Source: Nitrospirota bacterium
Lineage (GTDB): Bacteria > Nitrospirota > JACRHJ01
Length of the DNA: 64,000 nucleotides
Assembly: GCA_963698885.1 (NCBI GenBank)
Contig: CAVOSJ010000003.1
Span: 361,250-425,249, forward strand
Direction of reading: 5' to 3'
This document shows positions 1 through 10,831 of this stretch, piece after piece; positions within the stretch are counted from its first letter, which is position 1, and each line of letters begins with the position of its first letter. The translations under genes and the position numbers were made by a program. The notes under the pieces were generated by a model. It was given only the letters and a program-made list of their open reading frames with translations. It ran no database searches and was not told where the DNA came from.

Positions 1-160
1 GCGGAGAAGATAGCGAAGATCTGCAAGCGAGAGAATTAGTCCTTCCCAAGTAGTCCTGTAACTTCAAAAGTACTACAGTAAAACAAAAAAACGTCACCTT
101 TTTTGTAAAAAGGTAACGCCAAAAACTTTTCAACCGCGAAAGAAAAGTAACGGGGTTAAT

Positions 161-1852
161 ATGCGAAAACGCCTTGGTGAAATGCTGGTAGAGGAAAGTT
201 CGCTCTCCCCGGAAGATCTGCAAAAGGCTCTTTCATTCCAGAAGACCGGGAATGCAAAAATCGGAAGGGTCCTGGCCGATTTCGGATTTGTAAGCGAAAA
301 GAGCCTCGTCAATGCGCTCGCCCTTCAGCTTAAAATTCCGTCAATAGATTTGCAGTCCGTTGTAGTTGACCACGAAGCGCTGAACCTGGTATCGCAGGAA
401 GACGCCGAAAGAAAGAAAATTTTCCCGGTGCGTTTAGAAGGGCGGAAGCTGACGCTTGCGATGGTGGACCCGCTGGATTATCAGACGATCGAGGAGATAA
501 GGTTCAAGACCGGGTGCGAAATCCGTCCCGCCGTCGCGACTGAAAAAAACATCGTAGACTGCATTGATAAGCATTATCAGGTGAAGGAAAAGGTCTTTCA
601 TCTGATGAACTCGATAAAATCTTACGAGGATGCTGAATTTCTGCGCGACCGCGCGGACGATAAGGTCGTGAACATCCAGTCGCTCTACAAGCTGAGTGAA
701 ACCCCGCCGATAATACAACTCGTGACGATGATAATAGTCGAGGCGGTGAAGATGCGCGCTTCGGATATCCATATTGAGCCGCGGGAGGATAGCGTCGCCG
801 TACGCTACCGGGTGGACGGGGACCTCCGCGAGGCGCTGACTATTCCCCGCCGGATAAAGGACTACGTCATCTCGCGCATAAAGATAATCGCGGACATGGA
901 CATAACGAACCGCCGCCTCCCGCAGGACGGGACGAGCAAGCTGAAACTGTCCGACCGCGAAGTGGACCTCCGCATATCGACCCTTCCGTCGCTTTACGGC
1001 GAGAAGGTGGTCATACGCCTGCTGGATAAGAGCAAGGGGCTGATTTCGCTCGACCAGATAGGTTTTCCGGCCAGGATAAAGGAACCTCTTCTGGATGCGC
1101 TCTCGCGGCCGCAGGGCTTCCTGCTGGTCACGGGCCCCACCGGGAGCGGCAAGACCACGACGCTCTATGCAATACTCCAGCAGGTGCGCTCTGAGAAGGA
1201 GAACGTGGTAACCATAGAGGAGCCTGTGGAATACCGCCTGTCGGGCGTGACGCAGGTGGGAATCAACGAGGCCATCGGCCTCACGTTCCCTAATGTGCTC
1301 CGCTCGGTGCTCCGGCAGGACCCCGATATAATAATGGTCGGCGAGATACGCGACATGGAGACGGCGGACATAGCCGTTAAATCTTCACTTACGGGGCATC
1401 TGGTCCTGACGACGCTCCACACCAACGACACGGTTTCCAGCATCACCCGGCTTATCGATATAGGGATACCGGCATACCTTGTCGGCTCTTCACTGACCGG
1501 CGTGCTCGCCCAGAGGTTAGTTCGCCGCATTTGCCCTTACTGCAAGAAAGAGGACCTGGAAAAAAATAATTCGGCGGTAGGTGTTCAAGGTCTTGGCAAA
1601 ACTTTTGTCGGGACTGGCTGTCACAAATGCTTCGGTACGGGTTACCATGGCCAGATTGCGATTTTCGAATATCTGCCTCTGGACAGAAGCATCAGGAATT
1701 TAGTCGCTAAAAAGGCTTCCGAGGAAGAGATATGGAAAGCCGCGAGAGGGAATGGGATGAGGACGTTATTTGAAGACGCGATCGATAAGGTAAACGCCGG
1801 GTTGACAACGGTTGAGGAAATACTGGCAAAGGCGCCTAAGGCCGAACTATAA
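161..1852 (+). CDS. Type II secretion / type IV pilus assembly ATPase (GspE/PilB family), 563 aa
   Basis: N-terminal T2SE_Nter-like domain; Walker [11 protein letters not shown]; C-terminal tetracysteine motif CPYC...CHKC; full length. Confidence 0.85.
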   Translation: MRKRLGEMLVEESSLSPEDLQKALSFQKTGNAKIGRVLADFGFVSEKSLVNALALQLKIPSIDLQSVVVDHEALNLVSQEDAERKKIFPVRLEGRKLTLAMVDPLDYQTIEEIRFKTGCEIRPAVATEKNIVDCIDKHYQVKEKVFHLMNSIKSYEDAEFLRDRADDKVVNIQSLYKLSETPPIIQLVTMIIVEAVKMRASDIHIEPREDSVAVRYRVDGDLREALTIPRRIKDYVISRIKIIADMDITNRRLPQDGTSKLKLSDREVDLRISTLPSLYGEKVVIRLLDKSKGLISLDQIGFPARIKEPLLDALSRPQGFLLVTGPTGSGKTTTLYAILQQVRSEKENVVTIEEPVEYRLSGVTQVGINEAIGLTFPNVLRSVLRQDPDIIMVGEIRDMETADIAVKSSLTGHLVLTTLHTNDTVSSITRLIDIGIPAYLVGSSLTGVLAQRLVRRICPYCKKEDLEKNNSAVGVQGLGKTFVGTGCHKCFGTGYHGQIAIFEYLPLDRSIRNLVAKKASEEEIWKAARGNGMRTLFEDAIDKVNAGLTTVEEILAKAPKAEL

Positions 1853-2519
1853 GCCCGTCCACCATCCGGACCGTCCTGTCGCCCATCTCGGCAAGCCTCT
1901 CGTTGTGTGTTACGATTATTGAAGTAAGACCCCTCTCGTGATTGAGCTTTTTTAAAAGCTCGTGTACGGACTGGGCCGTATGCGTATCCAGGTTGCCCGT
2001 GGGCTCGTCCGCGAGTATCACCTTTGGCTCGGACATCAGCGCGCGCGCTATAGCCACCCTCTGCTGCTCTCCGCCTGATAGCTCTCCGGGCCTGTGCGTT
2101 AGCCGTCCGGAAAGTCCCACTTCCTCAAGCAACGCTTCCGCCCGGTGTTTAGCCTCCTTAGGCTCAATGCCGCCTATCATGGAAGGGATGAGGACGTTTT
2201 CCAGAGCGGAAAACTCCGGCAGAAGATGGTGGAACTGGAATACGAACCCGACATTCCTGTTCCTGAACGTCGCCAATTCGCCGTTGGACATACTGAATAC
2301 ATCTCTGCCGTCGTAAATGACCTGCCCGGAAGTGGGCTTGTCCAGCGCCCCGATAACGTGCAGCAGGGTGCTCTTTCCGACCCCCGACGCCCCGACGATG
2401 GACAGCATTTCCCCTTTGGGGACATCCAGGTCTATGCCTCTCAGGACCGCGACCTCCGTATTCCCCATCCGGAATGATTTGGACAGGCCGCGGACTGATA
2501 TAATCAAAGGAGCGGTCAC
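1836..2519 (-). CDS. lolD: Lipoprotein-releasing ABC transporter ATP-binding protein LolD
   Basis: ABC ATPase with Walker [18 protein letters not shown] signature and LolD-like N-terminus; adjacent to a LolC/E permease. Confidence 0.85.
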   Translation of the reverse strand: MTAPLIISVRGLSKSFRMGNTEVAVLRGIDLDVPKGEMLSIVGASGVGKSTLLHVIGALDKPTSGQVIYDGRDVFSMSNGELATFRNRNVGFVFQFHHLLPEFSALENVLIPSMIGGIEPKEAKHRAEALLEEVGLSGRLTHRPGELSGGEQQRVAIARALMSEPKVILADEPTGNLDTHTAQSVHELLKKLNHERGLTSIIVTHNERLAEMGDRTVRMVDGLIVRP

Positions 2520-3170
2520 TTATTTTCCGCTTTTTTCATCGGCCTTTGTCTTCAGCCTGGAATATATTTTCTGCAGTACGATCATAAAGTCGCCATCCAC
2601 CAGTCCATCTCTCGCCCCGACCTGAAGCGCGTCGCCGAGTGAGTTGACGACGTCCTTCATGGACTCGTCCTGAACTGCCGGGGAAGCGGAGAAAACTATC
2701 TTCTGTACATCGCCGCCGGAGATGACGTTATCCCCGTAAGTGTCCGTAAGGACGTCAACCTCGCTCAGCTTCAGGTTCATCGTCCCCATAAGAAATTTAT
2801 CGTTCGACGATAGCATTACCTTTTGCAGCGTGCCGTTCCGGAGCAGCACGTTCACCGGCTGCCTTTTTCCTTCGAGCGGCAGGAACTCTATCTCCGAGAT
2901 GTCCGAGAGCATGAAGCTGTACAGATTGCCTTCCGTGCTCCCGTAAAGGATATCAAAATCGTACCTGTAAATGGGCGAAACACCCGGCAAATTCCAACTC
3001 GTGCGTACGGTAATTACCCCGTTCCTTGCGGCGCCGCTCTGCTTGTAGACAGTGCCGCGGAGAAGAAAGCCGGAGTTGGACGACAGCTTTGCCTTTGCGT
3101 CCGCCGAGAGCGCCGGAGAAGCAAGGCAGAGAGAGAAGAGCACTACCGCCGATATTATCCTGAGTTTCAT
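2520..3170 (-). CDS. Hypothetical secreted/periplasmic protein (216 aa) embedded in the lol operon
   Basis: Signal peptide MKLRIISAVVLFSLCLASPALSA|DA. No recognisable domain. Its stop abuts the lolD start and it begins 19 nt after the lolE stop. Confidence 0.6.
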   Translation of the reverse strand: MKLRIISAVVLFSLCLASPALSADAKAKLSSNSGFLLRGTVYKQSGAARNGVITVRTSWNLPGVSPIYRYDFDILYGSTEGNLYSFMLSDISEIEFLPLEGKRQPVNVLLRNGTLQKVMLSSNDKFLMGTMNLKLSEVDVLTDTYGDNVISGGDVQKIVFSASPAVQDESMKDVVNSLGDALQVGARDGLVDGDFMIVLQKIYSRLKTKADEKSGK

Positions 3171-3188
3171 CGAGAGGACCTCCTTCTT

Positions 3189-4414
3189 TTATTCGTACCT
3201 GAGAGCTTCCAACGGGTCGAGCTTCGCCGCCTGCCATGACGGGTAAAGCGTCGCCCCGAAACTGATTATTATCGCCGAGGCACATATGACAACCAGTTCC
3301 ACAGGGTCAACACGCGCCGGCAAATGACTGATGTAATAGATGTCTCTGGGGAGGGTGATGAGGTTGGTTTTCTCGATGATGAAACAAACAGCCAGCCCTC
3401 CCGCAAGTCCGATAAGAGTTCCGACCACGCCGATTATAGTCCCGTTTATCATGAATATCTTCATTATCCCGGCACGGGTCGCGCCCATGGATTTAAGTAT
3501 CGCTATCTCCCGCGCCTTGTCTATTACTATCATTATTAATGTACTGACAATGTTGAACGAGGCGACGACGATGATGAGCACCAGTATGACGAACATCGTT
3601 ATTTTCTCCAGCTTCAGCGCGGAGAAAAGGCTTCTGTTCATCTGCATCCAGTCCCGCGCCTGGAATGGGAACCCGAGGTGGTTTTGTATCGTGCGGGCCA
3701 GAGGCGCCGAGAGGCTAAGGTCGTCGATTCGAACCTCGAAACCCGTGACGGAATCGCCAAGGCCAAAGAATTTCTGAGCCACCGGTATTGATATGTATGC
3801 GAGCTTGGAGTCGTATTCGTACATGCCGGTATCGAAAAGCCCCGTAACGACGAATTCCTGGAATTTCGGCGCCATGCCAAGAGGTGTAATCGTCCCGAAG
3901 GGAGATACCACCCGTACCCTCTCGCCCGTGCGCACGCCAAGGTTTGCCGCCAACTCCCGCCCCAGCAGGATTCCCGGCACGGGACCGGACGCATTCAATC
4001 CCGATATGCTACCGGCTACCATAGTTTTTGAAAGCTCGGTTACTTTGCCGATTGAGGCGGGGTCCACGCCCTTCAAAATTATTCCGGAGACGCTGCTTGG
4101 CGAGGTGAGCATTACTTCGCTGTAGGTAAAAGGCGCGACGGATACTACGTGAGGGACCTCCTGGATTTTCTTCATCTGCTGGTTATAGTCCGTGATGCCC
4201 TTGTCGTTGAAGGAAGAAACGATGATGGGGGAGTTGGTACCCAGTATTTTTTTCATGAGGTCGTTCTCGAACCCGCTCATAACCGAGAGCACGACGATAA
4301 GCGCCATAACGCCCAACGCAACCCCGCCGATGGAAATGATGGTATTGAGAGAGATGGGGGTGTGCCTGCGTCTTCCTTTAAGGTAGCGAAGTGCGATAAA
4401 AGAGGAGTAGGCCA

Positions 4415-4415
<1 letters not shown>
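3189..4415 (-). CDS. lolE: Lipoprotein-releasing system permease (LolC/LolE family, FtsX-like)
   Basis: 408 aa, N-terminal TM helix, large periplasmic loop, C-terminal FtsX-type TM bundle. GTG start overlaps the lysS stop. Confidence 0.8.
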
Positions 4416-5915
<1,500 letters not shown>

Positions 5916-5933
5916 GAATTTATAAAGTCTTGG

Positions 5934-5962
5934 AATTATAGAAAGAAATTATAGGCAGGTCA
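5934..5962 (-). promoter_or_regulatory. Sigma70-like promoter upstream of lysS (TTGACC-17-TATAAT on minus strand)
   Basis: The reverse complement reads cccTTGACCtgcctataatttctttcTATAATtcc, 19 nt before the lysS ATG. Confidence 0.4.
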
Positions 5963-5980
5963 AGGGAATAAAGGAACAGT

Positions 5981-6620
5981 TTATTTCAGTATCTCCCCCG
6001 TCCGGTAACTCCATAACGCAAGGTCCAGCTCGTCCATTGGGATTTTTATATCTTTGGAGAATTCGCGCATCTTCTCTTCCATGAAGACATACTGCTTGCG
6101 GTTCGCCGGGCGTTTCGCCTCCGGGAGTACGCCCAGTTCGTGGAGCAGGCGGACGACGTGGATATCCAAAATGGCATAGCCTTCAAACCCGATGTTACGG
6201 AGGAAATGGCTCGCCTCCTTATAACCCAAGCCTTTTATGCCGGGGTTGTCCGCGAAGAAATCGCGGCGCTGGTGGAAGTCGGCAAGCGACTCGATTTTCT
6301 TTTTTATATTTGAGGGCGCACTCCTGTTGCAGGTATTCCCGTGTATGGATGATGTAGTTCGGGCGAATCCTCCAGAAGCGGTACCTGCCGCAGAGGATGT
6401 TCCTTATACCTTCAACGTCAGCGGTGAGTATATCGTCGCCGGCGGCCTCGATGCAGTTGATGCCCATCCTGGCGGAGGTATTGGCGGTAAGGATGCAGAA
6501 GCAGAGTTCCTTGAATATCGCAAGGTCTCCCTGCCGCCATGTTTCCTTGAAATCGGCGAGGCGGGCGCGGATTTCTTTTCTGCGGTCCTTGTAATGCCGG
6601 AGGAGGTCGTTTATGTCCAT
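5981..6620 (-). CDS. ogg: Ogg2-family (archaeal-type) 8-oxoguanine DNA glycosylase/AP lyase, interrupted by an extra base in a homopolymer at 6299-6304
   Basis: The N-terminal ORF (6219-6620) carries FCILTANTSA. The C-terminal ORF (5981-6229) carries GYKEASHFLRNIGFEGYAILDIHV (helix-hairpin-helix with the catalytic Lys region). Removing one A from the A6 run (T6 on the plus strand) restores ...KYKKKIESLADFHQRRDFFADNPGIKGLGYKEASHF. Confidence 0.75.
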
Positions 6621-6639
6621 TAGAGGTCGTTTATTTCCA

Positions 6640-7771
6640 TCAGATGTCGTCTGTCGCGGTGCCCGGCTGCGCGCGCTTGCCGAGGAGATAGGCCTCGATG
6701 AAGCCGTCCAGGTCGCCGTCCATAACCGCGCTTATATTTCCGACCTCATGGCCGGTCCGATGGTCCTTGACCATCTGATAAGGCATGAAGACGTAGGAGC
6801 GTATCTGGCTTCCCCAAGCGATGTCCTTTTTCGTGCTGTTCATCTTGTCGCGCTCCGCTTCCTTCTTCTTCACCTCCAGGTCGTAGAGGCGGGAGCGCAG
6901 GACCTTGAATGCCTTGTCCTTGTTTTTGAACTGCGAGCGCTCGTCCTGACACTGCACGACGATATTCGTCGGTATGTGCGTAATCCGTATGGCGGAGGAG
7001 GTCTTGTTGACATGCTGGCCGCCCGCGCCGGAAGCCCGGTAGGTATCGATCCTCAAGTCTTTCTCGTCGATCTCTATCTTTACGTCGTCCTCGACCTCCG
7101 GATAGACGAATACGGACGCGAAGCTCGTGTGCCTTCTTTTATTGGAGTCGAAAGGCGATATCCTTACCAGCCTGTGGACGCCGGCCTCCGCCTTTAAATA
7201 TCCGTATGCGTTCTTGCCCGTGACCTCGAACGTGACGCTTTTCACGCCAGCCTCTTCGCCGGGGAGGTAGTCTATTATCTCGGTCTTGTAGCCCCTGCGC
7301 TCGCACCAGCGGAGGTACATCCGGAGTAGCATCTCCGCCCAGTCCTGGGATTCCGTCCCGCCAGCGCCCGGGTGGACGGTAAGGATGGCGTTAAGCCGGT
7401 CGTTCTCGCCGGAGAGCATCAGCTCCAGCTCAGCCGAGTCTATATCATGGGCGAGTTTTTTCATCGCCGCGTCTATGTCCAGTGTAAGCTCTTCGCCGCC
7501 CTCCTCCGAGGCAAGCTCCAGCATCACGTCAAGTTCTTCAGATGCCTTGCTTAAAGACTCCCAGGACGAGATGGCGCCCTGAAGGCTGGTTTTCTCCTTC
7601 ATAAGCGACTGCGCGGCTTCCGCGTTCTCCCAGAATTCCTGGGCCTCCATCAGGCCGTTTATTTCCTGGGCGCGCTTCTCCTTGGCAGGTATGTCAAAGA
7701 TGCCTCCTCAGGGCCGAAACCCTATCCCGCAGGCTTGAGAGCTCCCGCTGTACTTCTTCCATTGTTATCAT
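6640..7771 (-). CDS. prfB: Peptide chain release factor 2 with canonical programmed +1 frameshift
   Basis: ORF0 reads [25 protein letters not shown], ending at CTT TGA C preceded by an internal AGGAGG. The +1 frame continues [21 protein letters not shown]... through the SPF and GGQ motifs to 6640. Confidence 0.9.
7694..7700 (-). other. prfB programmed +1 ribosomal frameshift site (CUU UGA C with upstream SD-like AGGAGG)
   Basis: The reverse complement reads ctgAGGAGGcatCTTTGAC, identical in architecture to the E. coli RF2 autoregulatory recoding site. Confidence 0.85.
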
Positions 7772-9297
7772 CTTTTTAAGGACCTCCTGTATAAAATTAT
7801 AGCAATAAAGCATGCCGTAATTCCAGAGCATAAGTACGCGAATATGTCCCCGTACAGGGTGTAGAAGGTTTTTTCTTTCATCAAAGGCACCTCCGCCGTA
7901 ATCGCGTACCGCTTGAAAAGACTCGTCCTCGCAACCACTTCGCCCGATGGAAGTATTACACCTGATATGCCCGTATTGGCCGCGCGCACCATCGACCTCC
8001 GGTTCTCCACCGCCCGGAACACCGACATATCGAAATGCTGATACGGAGCTCCGGAATTTCCGAACCATGCATCGTTGGTTATGCTGGTCAGGAAATTCGC
8101 GCCCCCCAACACGAAATGCCGCACGAGTTCCGGGAATATAACCTCGAAACATATCGCGGTCCCGAAAGAGCCCTTGTCCATCCGCATGACGGTATAGTCG
8201 CGGCCCGCGCCGAAATCGCCGATGCCGTGGACCATCTTGCTTACAAACGGCAGGAGGGTCTTAAGCGGCACGTATTCCCCGAACGGCACCAGGTGCATCT
8301 TGTCGTAGCGGTCCGCCGGTATTCCAGAAGGATTAATGAGATATGCACTGTTGTACTCGACGTAATCGCTGCCGCGCTCCTCGATGGAAGGGCTACCGGT
8401 CAGAAGCCAGGTATTTGACTTTTTAACAGAGTCGGAAAGCTCCCCGACCAGAATCCTGTCCTGAAAATAAAAAGGAGTCGCGGTCTCCGGCCAGATTACA
8501 AGGTCCGGCTTTTTCTGTGCCACGGCATCTGCCGTTAATTGTTTATAAACATCGAATACCTGCATCTGGAACGCCGGGTCCCATTTATGGAACTGCTCTA
8601 TGTCCCCCTGCACGACGGTTACTTTCATGGAATCATACGGGCGCGGGAGGTCCGTCAGACGGTAATGGCCGTAGAGGGCGGAGGCGGCCATGACGACCAC
8701 GGCCGTGACAGGCCAGATTATCTTCCGGTCCGCATATTCCCTGTAAGACATCACCGCAATAAGCTCGGTAATCGCCGCGTTTGTCATAACGATTAAAGCG
8801 GAGACGCCGTAAACTCCGGTGATATCGGCAATTTGTATCAGGGGCAGGTTCTGGTGCTGCGAATACCCCAGCAGGTTCCAGGGAAAGCCGGAGAGAAGGT
8901 AATTCCGGAGCAGTTCCAGGGCCACCCAGAATGCAGGGGCCAGCAGTACCGAGGCAGGTCCAGCATGCTCCCGCGCCTTGACATAAAGCCAGGCGAACGT
9001 GCCGATGTACAGGGCGAGGTACGCCGAGAGCGCGAGCAGAAGGAAAAAGCTCGGAAGGAACCCTATGCCGCCATAATCCCGCATGACGATTAAAACCCAT
9101 CTCAGGGAGAGCGCGTAAAAGGCTATCCCGGCAATGAAACCCTCTTTAAAAGATTGTCTGGGCGACTTGTCCCTGATTGAATAAAGAAGCGGTATCAGCG
9201 CGACCCAGGCAAGGACTGATATGTCCGGCTTTGGGAAAGAGAGCGCGAGGAGTATTCCTGAGAGCAGGGGGAGGAAAAACAAAGAGATGTTACTCAT
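7768..9297 (-). CDS. lnt: Apolipoprotein N-acyltransferase
   Basis: 509 aa with an N-terminal multi-TM region and a C-terminal CN-hydrolase domain. Its stop overlaps the prfB ATG (ATGA). Confidence 0.85.
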   Translation of the reverse strand: MSNISLFFLPLLSGILLALSFPKPDISVLAWVALIPLLYSIRDKSPRQSFKEGFIAGIAFYALSLRWVLIVMRDYGGIGFLPSFFLLLALSAYLALYIGTFAWLYVKAREHAGPASVLLAPAFWVALELLRNYLLSGFPWNLLGYSQHQNLPLIQIADITGVYGVSALIVMTNAAITELIAVMSYREYADRKIIWPVTAVVVMAASALYGHYRLTDLPRPYDSMKVTVVQGDIEQFHKWDPAFQMQVFDVYKQLTADAVAQKKPDLVIWPETATPFYFQDRILVGELSDSVKKSNTWLLTGSPSIEERGSDYVEYNSAYLINPSGIPADRYDKMHLVPFGEYVPLKTLLPFVSKMVHGIGDFGAGRDYTVMRMDKGSFGTAICFEVIFPELVRHFVLGGANFLTSITNDAWFGNSGAPYQHFDMSVFRAVENRRSMVRAANTGISGVILPSGEVVARTSLFKRYAITAEVPLMKEKTFYTLYGDIFAYLCSGITACFIAIILYRRSLKR

Positions 9298-9703
9298 TGC
9301 CCTTTTGGTTCTTCAGCCACTTCAGCAGTTCTTCTCCCATCCGGGATATACCGCCTGGCTCCTGTTCCTTCTGGGGAGTGGCTTGAAAGGGCTCTTTCCT
9401 GGGCGGCCTTTTCTTTTGGTCAGTGGCATTTCGGGGCATTCGCGTAGGAGCCGTCCGGGGTTCCGGCCTGGGGCGCGCCTGGGCCTTCTCCGCCCGTTGC
9501 TCCGGCCGCGCCGCCGCTTCGGAGAGCTTCAGGATCGAATGGCGATAGACCATCATTTCGGCCCCGTTGTCCAGGAATATGACATAGCCGTCGTACTTCT
9601 TTATCCTGCCCTTAAGCTCGGAGCCGTCCTTTAAGGTAATAGCGGCTTCCGCACCCTTGGAATAAAACCCTTCCAATGCTTCATCAAATGGGCTGGTGTT
9701 CAT
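9290..9703 (-). CDS. hfq: Hfq-like Sm-fold RNA chaperone with a long Arg/Pro/Lys-rich C-terminal tail
   Basis: TSPFDEALEGFYSKGAEAAITLKDGSELKGRIKKYDGYVIFLDNGAEMMVYRHSI aligns with the Hfq Sm1/Sm2 motifs (...[20 protein letters not shown]...MVYKHAI). It is followed by an 80-aa basic low-complexity tail. Confidence 0.6.
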   Translation of the reverse strand: MNTSPFDEALEGFYSKGAEAAITLKDGSELKGRIKKYDGYVIFLDNGAEMMVYRHSILKLSEAAARPEQRAEKAQARPRPEPRTAPTRMPRNATDQKKRPPRKEPFQATPQKEQEPGGISRMGEELLKWLKNQKGNE

Positions 9704-10172
9704 GTTCCCTCTGGCGGCGTCTGTAACCGGGACTGATGTTGCAGAGCCCGTGCTTGTATATCAGGGCCTGGCCCCTGCCCGTTCTTATGGATATCGTGAA
9801 GCCGTCGTACCCTTCTATGACTCCCCGTATCTCCTCGCCGTTGACGAGACGCAAAAGCGCGAGCGTCCGCTCCTTTACGTAACGGCCCAGGAATTCGTCC
9901 TGCACACGCGATTTATGGGGGAGCGGCTCTTCCTCTGCGGGAGACTGGAAAAAAGATTCATCGATAAGGTTTCTGGATGGCAGGACATGAAAAACTTCTT
10001 TTTTCATGAGCGCAATGATGCGCCCTTCCGATTCGAGGTTTAAATCGTATTTCCCCGCCGCTTTTACTATGCCTGTAAGCCTTTCGCGGTTCGCGAGAGT
10101 AAGCCTCAGGGAGACAGCCTCTTCGACAGCTATTTTGAAAAAAGATTCTTCGAGCTTCAGTGCCTGGGTCAT
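9684..10172 (-). CDS. Tandem (double Sm-domain) Hfq-like protein, 162 aa
   Basis: Two Hfq-like repeats: LTLANRERLTGIVKAAGKYDLNLESEGRIIALMKKEVFHV and LRLVNGEEIRGVIEGYDGFTISIRTGRGQALIYKHGLCNI. Confidence 0.55.
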   Translation of the reverse strand: MTQALKLEESFFKIAVEEAVSLRLTLANRERLTGIVKAAGKYDLNLESEGRIIALMKKEVFHVLPSRNLIDESFFQSPAEEEPLPHKSRVQDEFLGRYVKERTLALLRLVNGEEIRGVIEGYDGFTISIRTGRGQALIYKHGLCNISPGYRRRQREHEHQPI

Positions 10173-10193
10173 TCGGTGCCGTTAAGGTTGGGG

Positions 10194-10607
10194 TCAGTCG
10201 GTAATGCAGTCCGGGCAGGAACCGTAGAATTCAAGACGGTGCCGCGCCACCTTGACGCCCATGTGCCTGGTAACTTCCTGCTCTATTTCGGGAAATTGCG
10301 GTGTTTCGACGTCTAATATCCTGCCGCAGTGCTCGCAGGTGAAATGATAATGTTTTGAAGAGTTTCCGTCGAAACGGCTGAAGCCTTTGCCGTAGGACAG
10401 TTCCAGTATCTCGCCCTGGTTTTTCAATATGTTAAGATTTCTGTATACCGTGCCGAGACTGATGTTCGGAATCTTTTTCTTGACCTTGTCGTAAACCCAA
10501 TCCGCGGTGGGATGCGATTTCGTATTCTTAAGGACTTCGAGGATAACTCTCTTCTGTTTCGTCATCCTGTACTTAATTCCGTTCGTGTCGTTTTTCATGG
10601 CAGGCAT
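10194..10607 (-). CDS. Fur-family metal-responsive transcriptional regulator
   Basis: 137 aa, winged-helix N-terminus, HxH and CxxC...CxxC metal sites (HFTCEHCGR...YGSCPDC). Confidence 0.8.
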   Translation of the reverse strand: MPAMKNDTNGIKYRMTKQKRVILEVLKNTKSHPTADWVYDKVKKKIPNISLGTVYRNLNILKNQGEILELSYGKGFSRFDGNSSKHYHFTCEHCGRILDVETPQFPEIEQEVTRHMGVKVARHRLEFYGSCPDCITD

Positions 10608-10831
10608 CCCATTTTATTATTAGATAATTGCATACGGAGCAAATATTAACACGGTTTTAAAAAAAATTCAAGAATAATAAACTAATTTTTCTGTAATAAT
10701 TTCGAGTCTTGCGCCGGAGGTTGCGAAATCCTATCATTTATCACGCCAATATAACCCAAAAGTTTTATTATGGACAAAAGGGCCAGAGGGAACTATTATT
10801 TTATCTATCATTAATACAGGAGGGCGCCCAG

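Noticed and set aside
75-130. AT-rich hairpin accttttt-tgt-aaaaaggt with a T-run on the minus strand, a possible terminator
   Set aside because: Its orientation would terminate minus-strand transcripts. The only nearby gene (gspE) is on the plus strand, and no minus-strand gene precedes it within the window. This is insufficient context.
10709-10831. Long N-terminal extension of the ROK kinase ORF (start at 10709)
   Set aside because: The extension is AT-rich promoter-like sequence with no conservation. A strong AGGAGG sits 7 nt before the TTG at 10832, where the conserved ROK N-terminus begins.
10608-10831. Possible Fur box in the fur / ROK-kinase divergent promoter region (ttattagataattgcata; gaataataaactaattt)
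   Set aside because: There are only partial GATAAT-like hexamers and no convincing 19-bp palindrome. It is kept as a note, not a feature.
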